A stretch of DNA of 64,000 bases from Octopus sinensis (Eukaryota), in assembly GCF_006345805.1 (NCBI RefSeq), contig NC_043003.1, positions 94,674,001-94,738,000 on the forward strand, read 5' to 3'. Both the position numbers and the translations under genes were made by a program. The notes beneath the pieces were generated by a model. The model was not told where the DNA came from, searched no databases, and worked only from the letters and a program-made list of their open reading frames with translations. Positions 62,810-64,000 of the stretch are shown piece by piece (position 1 is the first letter of the stretch; the number at the start of each line of letters is the position of its first letter).

Positions 62810-63657
62810 GTTTATATGTGAACGGACAGCTGATAGTGAGCGAGCGAGCTGCGGAACATCACAAAAACTGTGCTAACAACATTTAATCAACAAGGGCCTT
62901 TTAGTAATGGGAGGGGTGTTCTTTACCTCTTCCTGTTGCATTTTCTGTTCAGCTAAGTAATTCAAGTTACAAAAAAAAAATTATAAAACAACATTTAAGC
63001 AAGTAAAATAAATATTAAAATATTTTAAAAGATATTTTTTTTTCTGTTAATTAAAATTATAGCCTAAATATATTAATTCCATACAAAAACAAAAATATAT
63101 AAATATGCATGCATGTTCATAAAACAAATATATTTATATGTATATACATAAGGAGATATATAGTTATAAATATAAATAAAAATTATAGATAATATATATA
63201 TGGTATATGTATATATTTTCCTGCATCATATCGGATGTGGATACAAAAAGAAAAAACAATATTATTTCGATGAAGACAATCAAAGAATTTTTTGGTAAAT
63301 GAAATGGATATCTTTGAAAAAGGAATGAGAAAGATTAAATCTGATAGATAAGTTGGCTACTAACTAATTACAAATTATACAATTAATTGGACTTGCAATT
63401 TCTTCCAAACCAACAATGAGTCAAACTTGGGTTACATGCATGTAAGTTCTCTGAATATTTCTACTAATTCTATTTAAAATTTTAATTCCACATAACTATC
63501 AGATATTATTTATTTATTTTTCCCTTTTTCTTTTGACTATTGTTGTTTTGTTGCTGTAGCTGTTATTATCATTATTGTCATAGATTTTGCTGTTTTATCT
63601 AAACTGGATAATACTATTTCACTCATAATATCCTCTCATTCATTGCACTAATAAAAT

Positions 63658-63659
63658 AA

Positions 63660-63750
<91 letters not shown>
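63658..63750 (+). repeat. (ATT)n microsatellite
   Basis: Direct reading. Confidence 0.95.
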
Positions 63751-63751
<1 letters not shown>

Positions 63752-63761
63752 CATCATCATT

Positions 63762-63965
63762 AACATGGCAAGCTGACAGAATTGTTAGCATGTTGAACAA
63801 AATGCTTTGTAGTATTTTGTCTGTCTTTATGTTCTGAGTTCAAATTCCACCAATGTCTACATTGCCTTTCATGATCTTGGGGTCAAGCACTAGGGCCAAT
63901 ATAATTAACTAGCCTCCTATCCCACAATTTCAAGCGTTATGTCTATAGAAGAAAGGACTATTATC
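63762..63965 (+). mobile_element. Degenerate SINE family B copy (alternative tail)
   Basis: ggcaagctgacagaattgttagc...gagttcaaattcc...gcctttcatgatc...gaaaggactattatc. Confidence 0.75.
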
Positions 63966-64000
63966 ATTATTATTATTACAGCTGCCTCTATTATTATTAT

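Overview
This is AT-rich, microsatellite-saturated eukaryotic DNA. The SINE and microsatellite make-up points to a cephalopod, probably Octopus (inference). No intact protein-coding gene could be recognised: nearly all ORFs in the track are translations of simple repeats or SINEs. The window is mostly transposable elements. DNA elements: one full-length but decayed hAT/Buster transposon with TIRs and a perfect 8-bp TSD (11978-14383), a related Buster-type MITE, mariner and Tc1 transposase relics, a non-autonomous Helitron, Helentron/HINE-like elements and piggyBac-type TTAA MITEs. Retroelements: three tRNA-derived SINE families (dozens of copies, some in head-to-tail arrays), many RTE-LINE 3' ends, Penelope-like terminal fragments in (TA)n, and restriction-like-endonuclease (R4/Dong-type) LINE 3' ends that stack on (TACA)n. 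Main leads are the apparent partitioning of retroelements among microsatellite classes, candidate HDV-like and hammerhead ribozyme relics, several long fold-back palindromes, a fixed-junction SINE dimer, a Helitron flanked by a 16-bp duplication, and a speculative chain of minus-strand micro-exons. Family names come from recalled motifs, not database searches, and the boundaries of degenerate copies are approximate.
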